Assembly: GCA_017429285.1 (NCBI GenBank)
Contig: JAFRPF010000031.1
Span: 139,388 to 203,387 of the forward strand
Direction of reading: 5' to 3'
Origin: Bacilli bacterium
GTDB taxonomy: Bacteria; Bacillota_I; Bacilli_A; RFN20; CAG-826
DNA length: 64,000 bases
The translations under genes and the position numbers were made by a program. Position 1 is the stretch's first letter. The number at the start of each line of letters is the position of its first letter. The notes beneath the pieces were generated by a model. The model did no database searches. It saw only the letters and a program-made list of their open reading frames with translations, and had not been told where the DNA came from. Positions 46,435 through 56,004 of this stretch are shown here, in pieces.

Positions 46435-49062
46435 ATGTTATTTGAAGAAGAAAAGAAACTTGAAGAACAAGTTAATGAATCTGAAGAAGAAACTGCTCCA
46501 GAAGCAGAAGAAATTGAAGAAGGAATTGTTGCGGGCTTAACTGATGTTGATACAGTCGGATTAGTTCAAGAATCATTCCTTGATTACGCGATGAGTGTTA
46601 TCGTCGCACGTGCCATTCCTGATGTTAGAGATGGTATGAAACCTGTTCATAGAAGAATTGTCTATTCGATGTCCGAATCAGGCAATACTCCAGATAAACC
46701 ATTTAAGAAGTGCGCTCGTATCGTCGGTGACGTTATGGGTAAATATCACCCTCATGGTGACGCGGCAATCTATGGTGCTTTAGTCAGATTAGCCCAACCA
46801 TTCTCCATGAGATATACACTTGTTGAAGGTCACGGTAACTTCGGTTCCATCGATGGTGATGAACCTGCTGCTTATCGTTATACAGAAGCTCGTATGGCCA
46901 AGATGGCCTTAGAGATGGTCAGAGACATCGGTTGTGATGTTGTCGATTTCATGGATAACTACGATGGTGTTGACCAAGAACCAACCGTCTTACCATCTAG
47001 ATTCCCTAACTTACTTGTTAATGGTAGTAGTGGTATCGCTGTTGGTATGGCCACAAACATTCCTCCACACAATTTAGGTGAAGTCATTGATGGTGTCGTT
47101 GCTTTAAGCAAAAATCCAGATATTACCACAGAAGAATTGATGGAATATGTCAAAGGTCCAGACTTCCCAACCGGTGGTTTAATTCTCGGTAGAGGTGGTA
47201 TTAGAGAAGCTTATGAAACCGGTACTGGTAGCATTGCTATTAGAAGTAAATGTCATATTGAAGAACGTGGTGAACATGGTCTAAAGAGAATCGTTGTTGA
47301 CGAAGTTCCTTATGGTGTGAACAAAGCCAACATGATTGAAAATATGGCGAGCTTAGTCAGAGATAAAGTTATTGATGGTATTACCGATATTAGAGATGAA
47401 TCTAATAAAGATGGTATCCGTGTCGTTATCGAAGTGAGAAGAGACGCTATTCCTGAAGTCTTATTAAATCAATTATTTAAGATGACACAGTTACAAGTTA
47501 GCTTTGGTATCATCAATCTCTGCTTAGTGGATAACGCTCCAAAAGTGTGTTCCTTAAAAACCATGTTACAAGAATATTTGGATTTCCAAGTTTCCGTTAT
47601 TGAAAGAAGAACCAAATATTTATTAGAAAAAGATGAATTCCGTGATCATATCGTTGTTGGTTTAATCAAGTGTCATGACAATATCGATGATATCGTTGAT
47701 ATCATCAAAGATAGTTCCACACCTGAAGAAGCTACCAATAGATTAATGGAAAAATACGGTTTCAGCGATCCACAAGTCCAAGCTATTCTAGCGATGAACT
47801 TACGTCGTTTAACCGGTATTGAAAATGAAAAATTAGAAGCTGAAAGAGTGCAACTAGAAAAGAATATTGCGGAATATAAACGTATTCTTTCTTCTAGAGA
47901 AAACGAAGTCGCTGTTGTCATCGAAGAATTAGAACAAATCAAAGAAAAATTCGGTGATGAGAGAAGAACTGAAATCACTAATAGTGACGCTTCTATCGAT
48001 GATGAAGATTTAATCCCACAAGAAGATATTGTTATCACCTTATCAAGAGGTGGTTATGTGAAGAGATTATCTGCTGACACATTCAGAACCCAAAATAGAG
48101 GTGGAAGAGGTGTTCGTGGTGCTTCCTTAAACGAAAACGATGTTGTGGAATTAATGATTTATACTAAAACCCACACCGACTTATTATTCTTCACCGATTT
48201 AGGTAAAGTTTATCGTATTCGTGGTTACCAAGTTCCTGAATATCAAAGAACTGGTAAAGGCGTGCCTGTAATTAATCTAATTAATATTGAAAAAGGCGAA
48301 AGCGTCAAATCCATTATCGCTGTGGATGAGTATAAAGATAATCGTTTCTTAATGTTCTTCACCACAGAAGGTATTGTCAAACGCACCCCAATTAAAGAAT
48401 ATGAATCCATCCGCCAAAACGGTAAGATTGCCATCACATTACGTGAAGGCGATAACTTATTAAACGTCAAACAAGTTTCCGAAAAGGTTGAAGGAATTGT
48501 TGATGAAAAAGGTAACGAAATACCATTATTAGTCGGTATTGCCGCCAGTAACGGTAAGATGGTTAACTTCCCAGTTGAAGAAGTCAGACCAATGGGTCGT
48601 AGCGCTTCTGGTGTTAAAGGTATCGAACTTGGCGAAGGCGCTAAAGTTGTTGGTTGCACCGCTGGTTATGAAGGTGACCACATCTTAGTTGTGACTGATA
48701 AAGGTTATGGCAAGATGACTAAAGTCATCGATGATGATGGTGAACAAACATATCGTATTACCAAAAGAGGCACAAAAGGTGTTTCAACCTTAAAAGCCAC
48801 TGATAAAGTTGGTAATTTAGTCGCTGTTAGAGCGGTGAATATTGAAGATGACTTAATGGTTATTACTAATGCCGGTATTGTCATTAGAACTCCATTAAAT
48901 CAAGTTCGTGTCGCTAGCCGTAACACCCAAGGTGTTAAGATTATGAACCTTGAAGGTAGACAAAAAGTTTCTTCTATCGCTATTGTTCCTCACGAAGAAC
49001 CTGAAGAAGAAGTTGAAGGCGAAGAAGCTCCAGCTGAAGAAATCGTTAATAGCGAAGAATAA
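46435..49062 (+). CDS. gyrA: DNA gyrase subunit A
   Basis: 875-aa ORF with [23 protein letters not shown], the active-site Tyr context [10 protein letters not shown] and a QRDR-like [16 protein letters not shown]. It has a beta-pinwheel C-terminal domain. An AAGGAGG RBS is present. Confidence 0.97.
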   Translation: MLFEEEKKLEEQVNESEEETAPEAEEIEEGIVAGLTDVDTVGLVQESFLDYAMSVIVARAIPDVRDGMKPVHRRIVYSMSESGNTPDKPFKKCARIVGDVMGKYHPHGDAAIYGALVRLAQPFSMRYTLVEGHGNFGSIDGDEPAAYRYTEARMAKMALEMVRDIGCDVVDFMDNYDGVDQEPTVLPSRFPNLLVNGSSGIAVGMATNIPPHNLGEVIDGVVALSKNPDITTEELMEYVKGPDFPTGGLILGRGGIREAYETGTGSIAIRSKCHIEERGEHGLKRIVVDEVPYGVNKANMIENMASLVRDKVIDGITDIRDESNKDGIRVVIEVRRDAIPEVLLNQLFKMTQLQVSFGIINLCLVDNAPKVCSLKTMLQEYLDFQVSVIERRTKYLLEKDEFRDHIVVGLIKCHDNIDDIVDIIKDSSTPEEATNRLMEKYGFSDPQVQAILAMNLRRLTGIENEKLEAERVQLEKNIAEYKRILSSRENEVAVVIEELEQIKEKFGDERRTEITNSDASIDDEDLIPQEDIVITLSRGGYVKRLSADTFRTQNRGGRGVRGASLNENDVVELMIYTKTHTDLLFFTDLGKVYRIRGYQVPEYQRTGKGVPVINLINIEKGESVKSIIAVDEYKDNRFLMFFTTEGIVKRTPIKEYESIRQNGKIAITLREGDNLLNVKQVSEKVEGIVDEKGNEIPLLVGIAASNGKMVNFPVEEVRPMGRSASGVKGIELGEGAKVVGCTAGYEGDHILVVTDKGYGKMTKVIDDDGEQTYRITKRGTKGVSTLKATDKVGNLVAVRAVNIEDDLMVITNAGIVIRTPLNQVRVASRNTQGVKIMNLEGRQKVSSIAIVPHEEPEEEVEGEEAPAEEIVNSEE

Positions 49063-49064
49063 TT

Positions 49065-50093
49065 ATGAAAATCTTGGTTAGTTTTCAGCCAAATAAAAAA
49101 TATCCTGATTTTGAGGGCGTTCGTTTAAGAAAAACCATTAAGGGCGCCCTTGAAATGGTGGGAATTGAACACACAAGTAATGAGCTTGATAAATATGATG
49201 TCATGCATCTTATTTCTGTTGATGATGAAAACAAAATAAATGAAGCTAAGGAAAAGAATATTCCTGTAGTTATCAGCGCTTGTTATTGTGAAGATGATCC
49301 ATCGGCGAGCTATTTAGAATATAAAAGCAAAGATGGAAAAAGAACCACGGATATTTCAAACAAGACTTTAAAGTTTTTAAATAAAGCCGATCTTGTTTTA
49401 GTGCCGAGTGAAAGTGTCAGAAGTTATCTTATAGATAACGGAGTCACCTCAAACATTTCAATCGCTTTACCAGGAATCAATATGTCTCGATTCGATTTCT
49501 CTAGAGAGGACGAGAAAACCATTTTCTTCCGTTACTTTAGAGAAGATAGTTCACGTAAATTAGTTATTGGTTTAGGTGAATATGATAATCAGATGGATGG
49601 GATCAATGCGATGATTAACGCCGCAAAGATTTGTCCAGAAGCCTTGTTTTATTACATCGGAAAAGAAACTATACCAGGTATTTATAATTCTTTAAAAATT
49701 AAAAAGATGATTAATGCTGCTCCTAGGAACATGAAGTTTGTCACTATTGTTCCTGATGATATATATAGAAGCGCTTTGCTAAACGCAGAAGTGTTTGTCT
49801 TACCAGGTTATAAAACCGCAGGCGTCATTTCTGTTCTTGATGCAATGGCCTCTAAATGTCAAATCATCGCTAGAAAACAAGCGATCTATGATGGCTTTCT
49901 AGAAGACGGTAAAGATGCATATTTAGGTGAATATTCCGAAACTATAACCTCATTAATAAAAGATTATTTGAGTGATAGATTAAAACCTACAATTGATGAT
50001 GCATATATCAAGGCCAGTAAATGTAATTTAAAGGCCACAGGCGAGCAGTTACAATATTTTTATTTAGAACAAATAAATTTAAAAAAGATTTAG
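49065..50093 (+). CDS. Putative glycosyltransferase (GT-B fold, GT1/GT4-like)
   Basis: 342-aa ORF. The C-terminal half has the GT-B pattern (..FYYIGKE......MKFVTIVPDD.YRSALLNAEVFVLPGY.TAGVISVLDAMASKCQIIAR..). The call is by pattern only. It starts 2 nt after the gyrA stop. Confidence 0.5.
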   Translation: MKILVSFQPNKKYPDFEGVRLRKTIKGALEMVGIEHTSNELDKYDVMHLISVDDENKINEAKEKNIPVVISACYCEDDPSASYLEYKSKDGKRTTDISNKTLKFLNKADLVLVPSESVRSYLIDNGVTSNISIALPGINMSRFDFSREDEKTIFFRYFREDSSRKLVIGLGEYDNQMDGINAMINAAKICPEALFYYIGKETIPGIYNSLKIKKMINAAPRNMKFVTIVPDDIYRSALLNAEVFVLPGYKTAGVISVLDAMASKCQIIARKQAIYDGFLEDGKDAYLGEYSETITSLIKDYLSDRLKPTIDDAYIKASKCNLKATGEQLQYFYLEQINLKKI

Positions 50094-50108
50094 AAAGGAA
50101 TAAAAGTT

Positions 50109-51389
50109 ATGTTAGATATTAATCTCATACGCGAAAATCCAGAAAAAGTAAAAGAATCTTTAAAAAAGAAATTATGGGAAACCGATTTCACAGAATTATT
50201 AGAATGGGATAAACAAAGAAAATCCTTATTACAATCTGTGGAAGGCAATAAAGCGGAAATGAATAGGTTATCCGCTTCTGTCCCACAAGCTAAGAAAAAT
50301 GGTGAAGATGTCTCTAAAATCTTTGCAAAAGTGAAAGAAATTGCGAAAAATAACGCAGAAAACGAAGCTAAGCTCAAAGAATTAGAAACAAAAATTCATG
50401 ACTTCTTAATCGTTTTACCAAACATCCCAGATGATGATTTAGTTGGTGGCGGAAAAGAGAATAATAAAGTCATTCATGTCTATGGTAAAAAACCAGAATT
50501 CTCCTTCCCATTGAAAGATCATGTCTATTTAGCCGAATCACTCGGTTTAGTGGATTATGAAAGAGGTGGAAAGATTGCTGGTCGTGGAAGTTGGATCTAC
50601 ACAAATCTAGGTGCTAGACTTGAATGGGCAATTTTGAACTTCTTCATTTCAGAACATTTAAAAGATGGATATGAATTTATCCTACCTCCACACTTATTGA
50701 ATGAAGAATCTGGCTTTGTGGCTGGTCAATTCCCAAAATTTAAAGAAGATGTCTTCTGGCTCGAAGGAACTGATCCAAAAAGATTCTTACTTCCGACTGC
50801 AGAGACAGCTTTAGTGAATCTCTATAGAAATGAAATCTTAGACGAAGATCAATTACCAAGAAAATTCTTCGCTTACACTCCATGTTATAGAAGAGAAGCT
50901 GGCAGTTATCGTACAGAAGAGAGAGGTATGATTCGTGGTTATCAATTCGACAAAGTCGAAATGGTTCAATATACCAAACCTGAAGATAGCGATAAAGCTT
51001 TTGAAGAATTGGTGGGTAAAGCTGTTTCGTTAGTTAATAAACTCGGATTACATTTCCAAGTTTCTAAATTGGCAGCAGGTGATATTTCTCATTCCATGGC
51101 GAGAACCTATGATATCGAAGTCTATTTACCAAGTATTGGTATTTATAAAGAAGTTAGCTCTGCTAGTAATGCAAGAGACTATCAAGCTAGACGCGGTATG
51201 ATGCGTTATAAAGATAAGGCCACTGGTAAGACTAGATTCATGCATACATTAAATGCTTCTGGTTTAGCGACAAGTCGTATCTTCCCTGCTATCTTAGAAC
51301 AATATCAACAAGAAGATGGCTCGGTGTTAGTCCCAGAAGTTTTACAACCATTTATGGGCGGAATTAAAGTTTTAAAACCAGTTAAATAA
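50109..51389 (+). CDS. serS: Seryl-tRNA synthetase
   Basis: 426-aa ORF with an N-terminal coiled-coil arm (MLDINLIRENPEKV) and class II motifs (..FAYTPCYRREAGSYRTEERGMIRGYQFDKVE.., ..LNASGLATSRIFPAILE..). Confidence 0.95.
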   Translation: MLDINLIRENPEKVKESLKKKLWETDFTELLEWDKQRKSLLQSVEGNKAEMNRLSASVPQAKKNGEDVSKIFAKVKEIAKNNAENEAKLKELETKIHDFLIVLPNIPDDDLVGGGKENNKVIHVYGKKPEFSFPLKDHVYLAESLGLVDYERGGKIAGRGSWIYTNLGARLEWAILNFFISEHLKDGYEFILPPHLLNEESGFVAGQFPKFKEDVFWLEGTDPKRFLLPTAETALVNLYRNEILDEDQLPRKFFAYTPCYRREAGSYRTEERGMIRGYQFDKVEMVQYTKPEDSDKAFEELVGKAVSLVNKLGLHFQVSKLAAGDISHSMARTYDIEVYLPSIGIYKEVSSASNARDYQARRGMMRYKDKATGKTRFMHTLNASGLATSRIFPAILEQYQQEDGSVLVPEVLQPFMGGIKVLKPVK

Positions 51390-51411
51390 TTTATTATTTA
51401 TTTGAAAAACT

Positions 51412-51436
51412 GACTAGGAGTAATCCTGGTCTTTTT
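51412..51436 (+). terminator. Rho-independent terminator of serS
   Basis: GACTAGGA (51412..51419), loop GTAA, TCCTGGTC (51424..51431, one G-U pair), followed by TTTTT. Confidence 0.7.
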
Positions 51437-51476
51437 CTCATTAATAAATGAACTCTTTATTAGAGTTCTTTAAGTG

Positions 51477-51485
51477 TGATATAAT
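51477..51485 (+). promoter_or_regulatory. Extended -10 promoter element (TGaTATAAT) for the SRP RNA / tadA unit
   Basis: TGATATAAT lies at 51477..51485, immediately upstream of the SRP RNA sequence. There is no convincing -35 element. Confidence 0.45.
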
Positions 51486-51487
51486 TA

Positions 51488-51568
51488 CACCGCCATCGCG
51501 ATGGGTATCTACGAACCAGGTCAGGACAGGAATGTAGCAGCCTTAAGTATCTTATTCATGTGCGGTGG
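51488..51568 (+). ncRNA. ffs: Small (4.5S-type) signal recognition particle RNA; ends approximate (+/- 5 nt)
   Basis: Contains the conserved SRP domain IV sequence ACCAGGUCAGG-ACA-GGAA-UGU-AGCAGCC (51515..51542). The GGAA tetraloop (51529..51532) is closed by ACA/UGU. The termini can pair: CACCGC 51488..51493 with GCGGUG 51562..51567. It lies in the serS-tadA spacer. Confidence 0.62.
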
Positions 51569-51576
51569 TTTGCTTT

Positions 51577-52050
51577 ATGGAAAAAGAAACTAAATTTATG
51601 AAAGAAGCCATCAAAGAAGCGAAGAAAGCTTTGCTTATTGATGAAGTGCCAATCGGTTGTGTGATTGTTAAAGATAATAAAATAATTGCACGAGGCCATA
51701 ATGTACGTGAAAGTAAAAATTCTCCAATTGGACACGCTGAAATTGAAGCCATTAATAAAGCGAGTAAGAAATTAAAATCTTGGAGACTTGAAGGCTGTGA
51801 TATTTATATCACATTAGAGCCGTGCATCATGTGTTCTGGCGCTATTATCCAATCAAGAATTGAAAATATATATTTTGGGGCTAGTGATCCAAAAGGTGGC
51901 GCCCTAATAAGTTCTATAAATGTATTGGACGCAAAGAATATTAATCATCGTCCGAAAGTACATGAAGGAATACTAAAAGAAGAATGCTCTTCACTTATAA
52001 GTGATTACTTCAAAAACAAAAGAGAAGAAAAGAAGAAACTTGGACTTTAA
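51577..52050 (+). CDS. tadA: tRNA-specific adenosine deaminase
   Basis: Has the CMP/dCMP deaminase zinc motifs HAEIEAI and PCIMCSGA. I moved the start to ATG 51577 (MEKETKFMKEAIKEAKKA). The track start GTG 51565 lies inside the SRP RNA. Confidence 0.9.
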   Translation: MEKETKFMKEAIKEAKKALLIDEVPIGCVIVKDNKIIARGHNVRESKNSPIGHAEIEAINKASKKLKSWRLEGCDIYITLEPCIMCSGAIIQSRIENIYFGASDPKGGALISSINVLDAKNINHRPKVHEGILKEECSSLISDYFKNKREEKKKLGL

Positions 52051-52069
52051 ATTTATGTCCAAGTTTTTT
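52039..52069 (+). terminator. Rho-independent terminator overlapping the tadA stop codon
   Basis: CTTGGAC (52039..52045), an 11-nt loop, GTCCAAG (52057..52063), followed by TTTTTT. Confidence 0.6.
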
Positions 52070-52086
52070 ATCATATATACACGCAC

Positions 52087-54558
52087 ATGAAAAACGAAGA
52101 ACAAATTACTAGAGTAATTCCTGATATTGAAAAAGGTTTAAGTAACGACCAAGTAAGTCAAAGACAATCTTTAGGTTTAATTAACAAAACTAAAGTTGTG
52201 GTGGGAAAAACATATTTCGAAATTATTTTTTCAGATGTTTTCTCCTTCTTTAACATTTTGTTATTTATCATCATGGGATTAATGATTGCTGCGCAGTATT
52301 GGGCGGGCCTTACTTTTAGTATTGTTTTATTCGCTAACATTGGTATTAGTTTATATGAAGATATCAAAGCTAGACACTTGATGAGTAAATTAAGAGTCTT
52401 AACTCAACCAAAAGCTAGAGTGCTTAGAAACGGCAAAGAAGAAACCATTGAGTGTAAAGACATTGTCTTAGATGATTTAGTATTACTAAAAAGTGAAAAT
52501 CAAATATGTGTTGATGGCAAATTATTAAGTGGTTCAGTCATCGTTAATGAATCTGCATTAACTGGTGAAAGTAAAAACATTATTAAGAAAGTTGGAGATG
52601 AATTATTCTCTGGTTCTTACGTTATTAGTGGCACTGGTATTATGCATGCGGAAAAGATTGGCGAAGAAAGTTATATTGAAACAATTCAAAGCAAAGCCAA
52701 GAAATTTAAACGTTCACCTTCTGAAATCTTAAGAACATTAACTTATATGTTTAAAGTCATCGGTGGTGTTGTTATTGGTTTAGGTATCGCGACATTTACT
52801 ATCTATGCGATTAGAGGTCAATTTAATAACTTTGCATCCTTTAAACAATCGATGAGAGGCATCTCTGGATCGATGATTGCGATGATACCAGCGGGACTAT
52901 TCTTATTAACATCTGTTGCTTTAGCGGTCGCAGTTTTAAAACTTAGTAAAAAAGGTGCGAGAGTACAGGATTTCTATTCTGTTGAAATGTTAGCGAGAAT
53001 TAACGTTTTATGTGTTGATAAAACAGGCACTATCACTAATGGTGAGATGGATGTCAAAAATGTCATTCTTTATGGTCCTAACGGATATAGCAAACAAGAC
53101 ATCGATCAAATCATGTCAAATCTATTAAAAGCCACAAAAGATAGCAATTTAACTGCAAAAAGCCTGCAAAAAGCATTCAAATACGAATTAACTAAAGGTG
53201 TTGTTAAGGCTTTACCATTTAATAGCGAGAACAAATATTCAGCCGCTTCATTTAAAGGTGGAGAGACTTATGTTTTAGGAGCTGCGGAATTCTTAAATAT
53301 CAAAAACTTATCATCCGTTCAAAGACGTGTGGAAGAGTATACATCTCAAGGCTTAAGAGTTCTTGTTTTATGTAAAGGTAGTAAGCCAATTACTGGAGAA
53401 AAAGTTGAAGGTGAAGTCGAACCAATTGCCTTTATTGTTTTACAAGACCACATTCGTGAAGACGCCGTAAAAACTTTTAAATGGTTTAAAGATAATAATG
53501 TCAAAATCAAAGTTATCTCTGGTGATGATGCAAGAACTGTTAGTCATATTGCTAGTGAAGCCGGTATTGAAGGAGCTGATAAGTTTATATCTTTAGCAGG
53601 TTTATCTAATGAAGAAGTTGAAAAAGCCGCTTTAGAATATGAAGTCTTTGGTAGAGTTACTCCTGAACAAAAAGAAATCATTGTTAAAGCCTTAAAGAGT
53701 AACGGCGATTGTGTCGCTATGACTGGTGATGGTGTAAACGATATATTAGCTTTAAAAAGAGCAGATTGTTCGATCGCTATGAATAGCGGATCTGAAGCTG
53801 CGAAAAACGTTTCTCATATCGTTTTAGTCGATTCTGACTTCTCTTGTTTACCGTCTGTAGTGGCGGAAGGTAGAAGAGTTATTAATAACTTACAAAGAAC
53901 TGCTTCTTTATTCTTGGTGAAAACCATCTTTGCGGTTACGACCACGACAGTATTTTTGGTTTTAACTATTGCTTATAAAATTACTTATCCATTTGAAGCA
54001 ACACACTTCCAGTTATGGAGTGTCTTCAACATTGGTATATCCGCTTTCTTCCTAGCTTTAGAATCTAATAACGAACCATTAAAAGGAAGTTTTGCGGGTT
54101 CAATATTTAGAAAAGCGATTCCTGGATCTCTAGTTTTATTAGTTCCAGTAGCGGTTATATATTTACTATATATCTTCCAAGATAAGAGGATTTTATATAC
54201 AGGTATTTATTCGATGGATGTTGCCACGAATATGTGCGTTATTGCTTTTACGGTTTTAGGCTTAGTAATATTACTAAAGATTTGTTTACCACTTAATAAA
54301 TATAGAGCTATTGTTTTTGGTGGTTGTTCATTAATTGAAATTGCGGCGTTAATAGCAGCGGGTATAGTTTCTTATAATGTCACTAACAAAGAATCACAAT
54401 TATACAAATTCTTTACCTTTGGTATCGAATTCCCATCGTTAACTTTAGTTAATTGGTTGGTGGTTGCTATAATAATTGTTATGTTAACAGCGATTTATTT
54501 AATCGTTACATATATTGTTGAAGTATTTAGGGGAGAACATCAAGATGTTAAAAATTAA
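52087..54558 (+). CDS. Cation-translocating P-type ATPase (HAD-IC family, specificity unknown)
   Basis: 823-aa ORF with the actuator motif LTGESK, the phosphorylation site CVDKTGTITNG, the hinge MTGDGVNDILALKRAD, and multiple TM helices at both ends. Confidence 0.88.
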   Translation: MKNEEQITRVIPDIEKGLSNDQVSQRQSLGLINKTKVVVGKTYFEIIFSDVFSFFNILLFIIMGLMIAAQYWAGLTFSIVLFANIGISLYEDIKARHLMSKLRVLTQPKARVLRNGKEETIECKDIVLDDLVLLKSENQICVDGKLLSGSVIVNESALTGESKNIIKKVGDELFSGSYVISGTGIMHAEKIGEESYIETIQSKAKKFKRSPSEILRTLTYMFKVIGGVVIGLGIATFTIYAIRGQFNNFASFKQSMRGISGSMIAMIPAGLFLLTSVALAVAVLKLSKKGARVQDFYSVEMLARINVLCVDKTGTITNGEMDVKNVILYGPNGYSKQDIDQIMSNLLKATKDSNLTAKSLQKAFKYELTKGVVKALPFNSENKYSAASFKGGETYVLGAAEFLNIKNLSSVQRRVEEYTSQGLRVLVLCKGSKPITGEKVEGEVEPIAFIVLQDHIREDAVKTFKWFKDNNVKIKVISGDDARTVSHIASEAGIEGADKFISLAGLSNEEVEKAALEYEVFGRVTPEQKEIIVKALKSNGDCVAMTGDGVNDILALKRADCSIAMNSGSEAAKNVSHIVLVDSDFSCLPSVVAEGRRVINNLQRTASLFLVKTIFAVTTTTVFLVLTIAYKITYPFEATHFQLWSVFNIGISAFFLALESNNEPLKGSFAGSIFRKAIPGSLVLLVPVAVIYLLYIFQDKRILYTGIYSMDVATNMCVIAFTVLGLVILLKICLPLNKYRAIVFGGCSLIEIAALIAAGIVSYNVTNKESQLYKFFTFGIEFPSLTLVNWLVVAIIIVMLTAIYLIVTYIVEVFRGEHQDVKN

Positions 54559-55450
54559 TCCAGAAGTTAAAAAGGCTATTATGGAAAATAGACCAGTTGT
54601 GGCATTAGAGAGCACAATTATTAGCCACGGCATGCCTTATCCAAAAAATGTAGAAACTGCTTTAGCAGTGGAAAAAGTGATTAGAGATCACGGGGTAGTT
54701 CCTGCCACTATTGGTATTATCGATGGTGATGCCATTGTTGGTATGACACCAGAAGAGATTGAAGAGTTTGGTAAAAGAAAAGGAATTATTAAAGTTTCTC
54801 GTAGAGATTTACCAGTTGTATATGCGAAGAAATTATGGGCCGCCACAACAGTGGCTGCGACAATGATTATCGCTCATCAAGCCGGTATTAAATTATTTGT
54901 TACTGGTGGAATTGGTGGTGTTCATAGAGGCGCTCAAGAAACTATGGATATTTCCGCTGACTTACAAGAATTAGCCAAGACTAATGTCACGGTTGTCTGT
55001 GCGGGAGCTAAAGCCATTTTAGATTTACCGTTAACACTTGAATATTTAGAAACCATGGGCGTTCCAGTTCTCGGTTATCAAACTGAAGAACTACCAGCTT
55101 TTTATACCGCTCATAGTGGATTAAAAGTTGATTATAAATTAGAAAATGCTAAAGAAGCCGCTTTAGCGATGTATGAAAAAGAAAGAAATAATCTTAGTGG
55201 TGGTATTTTAATTACTAACCCGATTCCAGAAGAATATTCTATGGATAAAAAAGTCATCGATGAAGCGATTGAAAAAGCTTTAAAGATGATGAATGAACAA
55301 GGTATTAAAGGTAAAGAAACTACCCCATTCTTATTAAAGACTATCGTCGAGTTAACCGGCGGTGACTCTTTAGAGAGTAATATTAAATTAGTTTTAAATA
55401 ACGCTGCTGTAGGTAGTGAAATCATTAAGGAGTATTGCAAACTTAAATAA
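54545..55450 (+). CDS. psuG: Pseudouridine-5'-phosphate glycosidase
   Basis: Has ..PVVALESTIISHGMPYP.. and ..LFVTGGIGGVHRGA.. (IndA/PsuG family). I moved the start to ATG 54545 (GGGGAG RBS). It overlaps the ATPase gene by 14 nt. Confidence 0.87.
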   Translation: MLKINPEVKKAIMENRPVVALESTIISHGMPYPKNVETALAVEKVIRDHGVVPATIGIIDGDAIVGMTPEEIEEFGKRKGIIKVSRRDLPVVYAKKLWAATTVAATMIIAHQAGIKLFVTGGIGGVHRGAQETMDISADLQELAKTNVTVVCAGAKAILDLPLTLEYLETMGVPVLGYQTEELPAFYTAHSGLKVDYKLENAKEAALAMYEKERNNLSGGILITNPIPEEYSMDKKVIDEAIEKALKMMNEQGIKGKETTPFLLKTIVELTGGDSLESNIKLVLNNAAVGSEIIKEYCKLK

Positions 55451-56004
55451 TGAAAACTGAATATCGTTTAGCGGAAGCACTTAAGGAAATGATGTCTCAA
55501 GTCCCATTGGACTCTATTTCAGTGACCTCTTTAACAAAGAAATGTCGTGTAAATAGACAGACATTTTATTATCATTTCCACGATATTTATGATTTATTAA
55601 CTTTAGTTTATTTAAATGAAGAAGTTCCTGGATTATTTGAAGCAAATAATATTAAAGAAATGTTAACTTTAATATTTAAATATTACACCAGAAATAAAGC
55701 TTTTTTAGACGCTTCACTTAACTCCGCGGGTAAAAGTTTAGTGGAAGAATTCATGCATAACGCCTGTTATAAAACATTCTTAAGATTTATTACTCTTTTA
55801 CCAAATAGCAAGAAGCTTCATATCAATGATAAGAAAGCTGTTGCGAGATTTTATGCTTTAGCATATTCTCATAGCATTATTTATTATTTGTCCACCTATA
55901 AAAATAAAACCTTAGAAGGTTTAATGAATTGTTTTGTCTTTGAACCAAGCGATACATTTGAAGTAGCGGTGGAAAGACTATTATCAGTGAGGGGTAAACA
56001 ATGA
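55450..56004 (+). CDS. TetR-family transcriptional regulator (DhaS-like)
   Basis: 184-aa ORF with an N-terminal HTH (ISVTSLTKKCRVNRQTFYYHFHDIYDLL). It has a TAATG junction with psuG and an ATGA overlap with the downstream ADH gene. Confidence 0.7.
   Translation: MKTEYRLAEALKEMMSQVPLDSISVTSLTKKCRVNRQTFYYHFHDIYDLLTLVYLNEEVPGLFEANNIKEMLTLIFKYYTRNKAFLDASLNSAGKSLVEEFMHNACYKTFLRFITLLPNSKKLHINDKKAVARFYALAYSHSIIYYLSTYKNKTLEGLMNCFVFEPSDTFEVAVERLLSVRGKQ

Noticed and set aside
50094-50108. Expected T-box riboswitch leader upstream of serS, as found in many Firmicutes.
   Set aside because: Only 15 nt separate the glycosyltransferase stop from the serS ATG. There is no room for a T-box leader, and no specifier or T-box sequence is seen.
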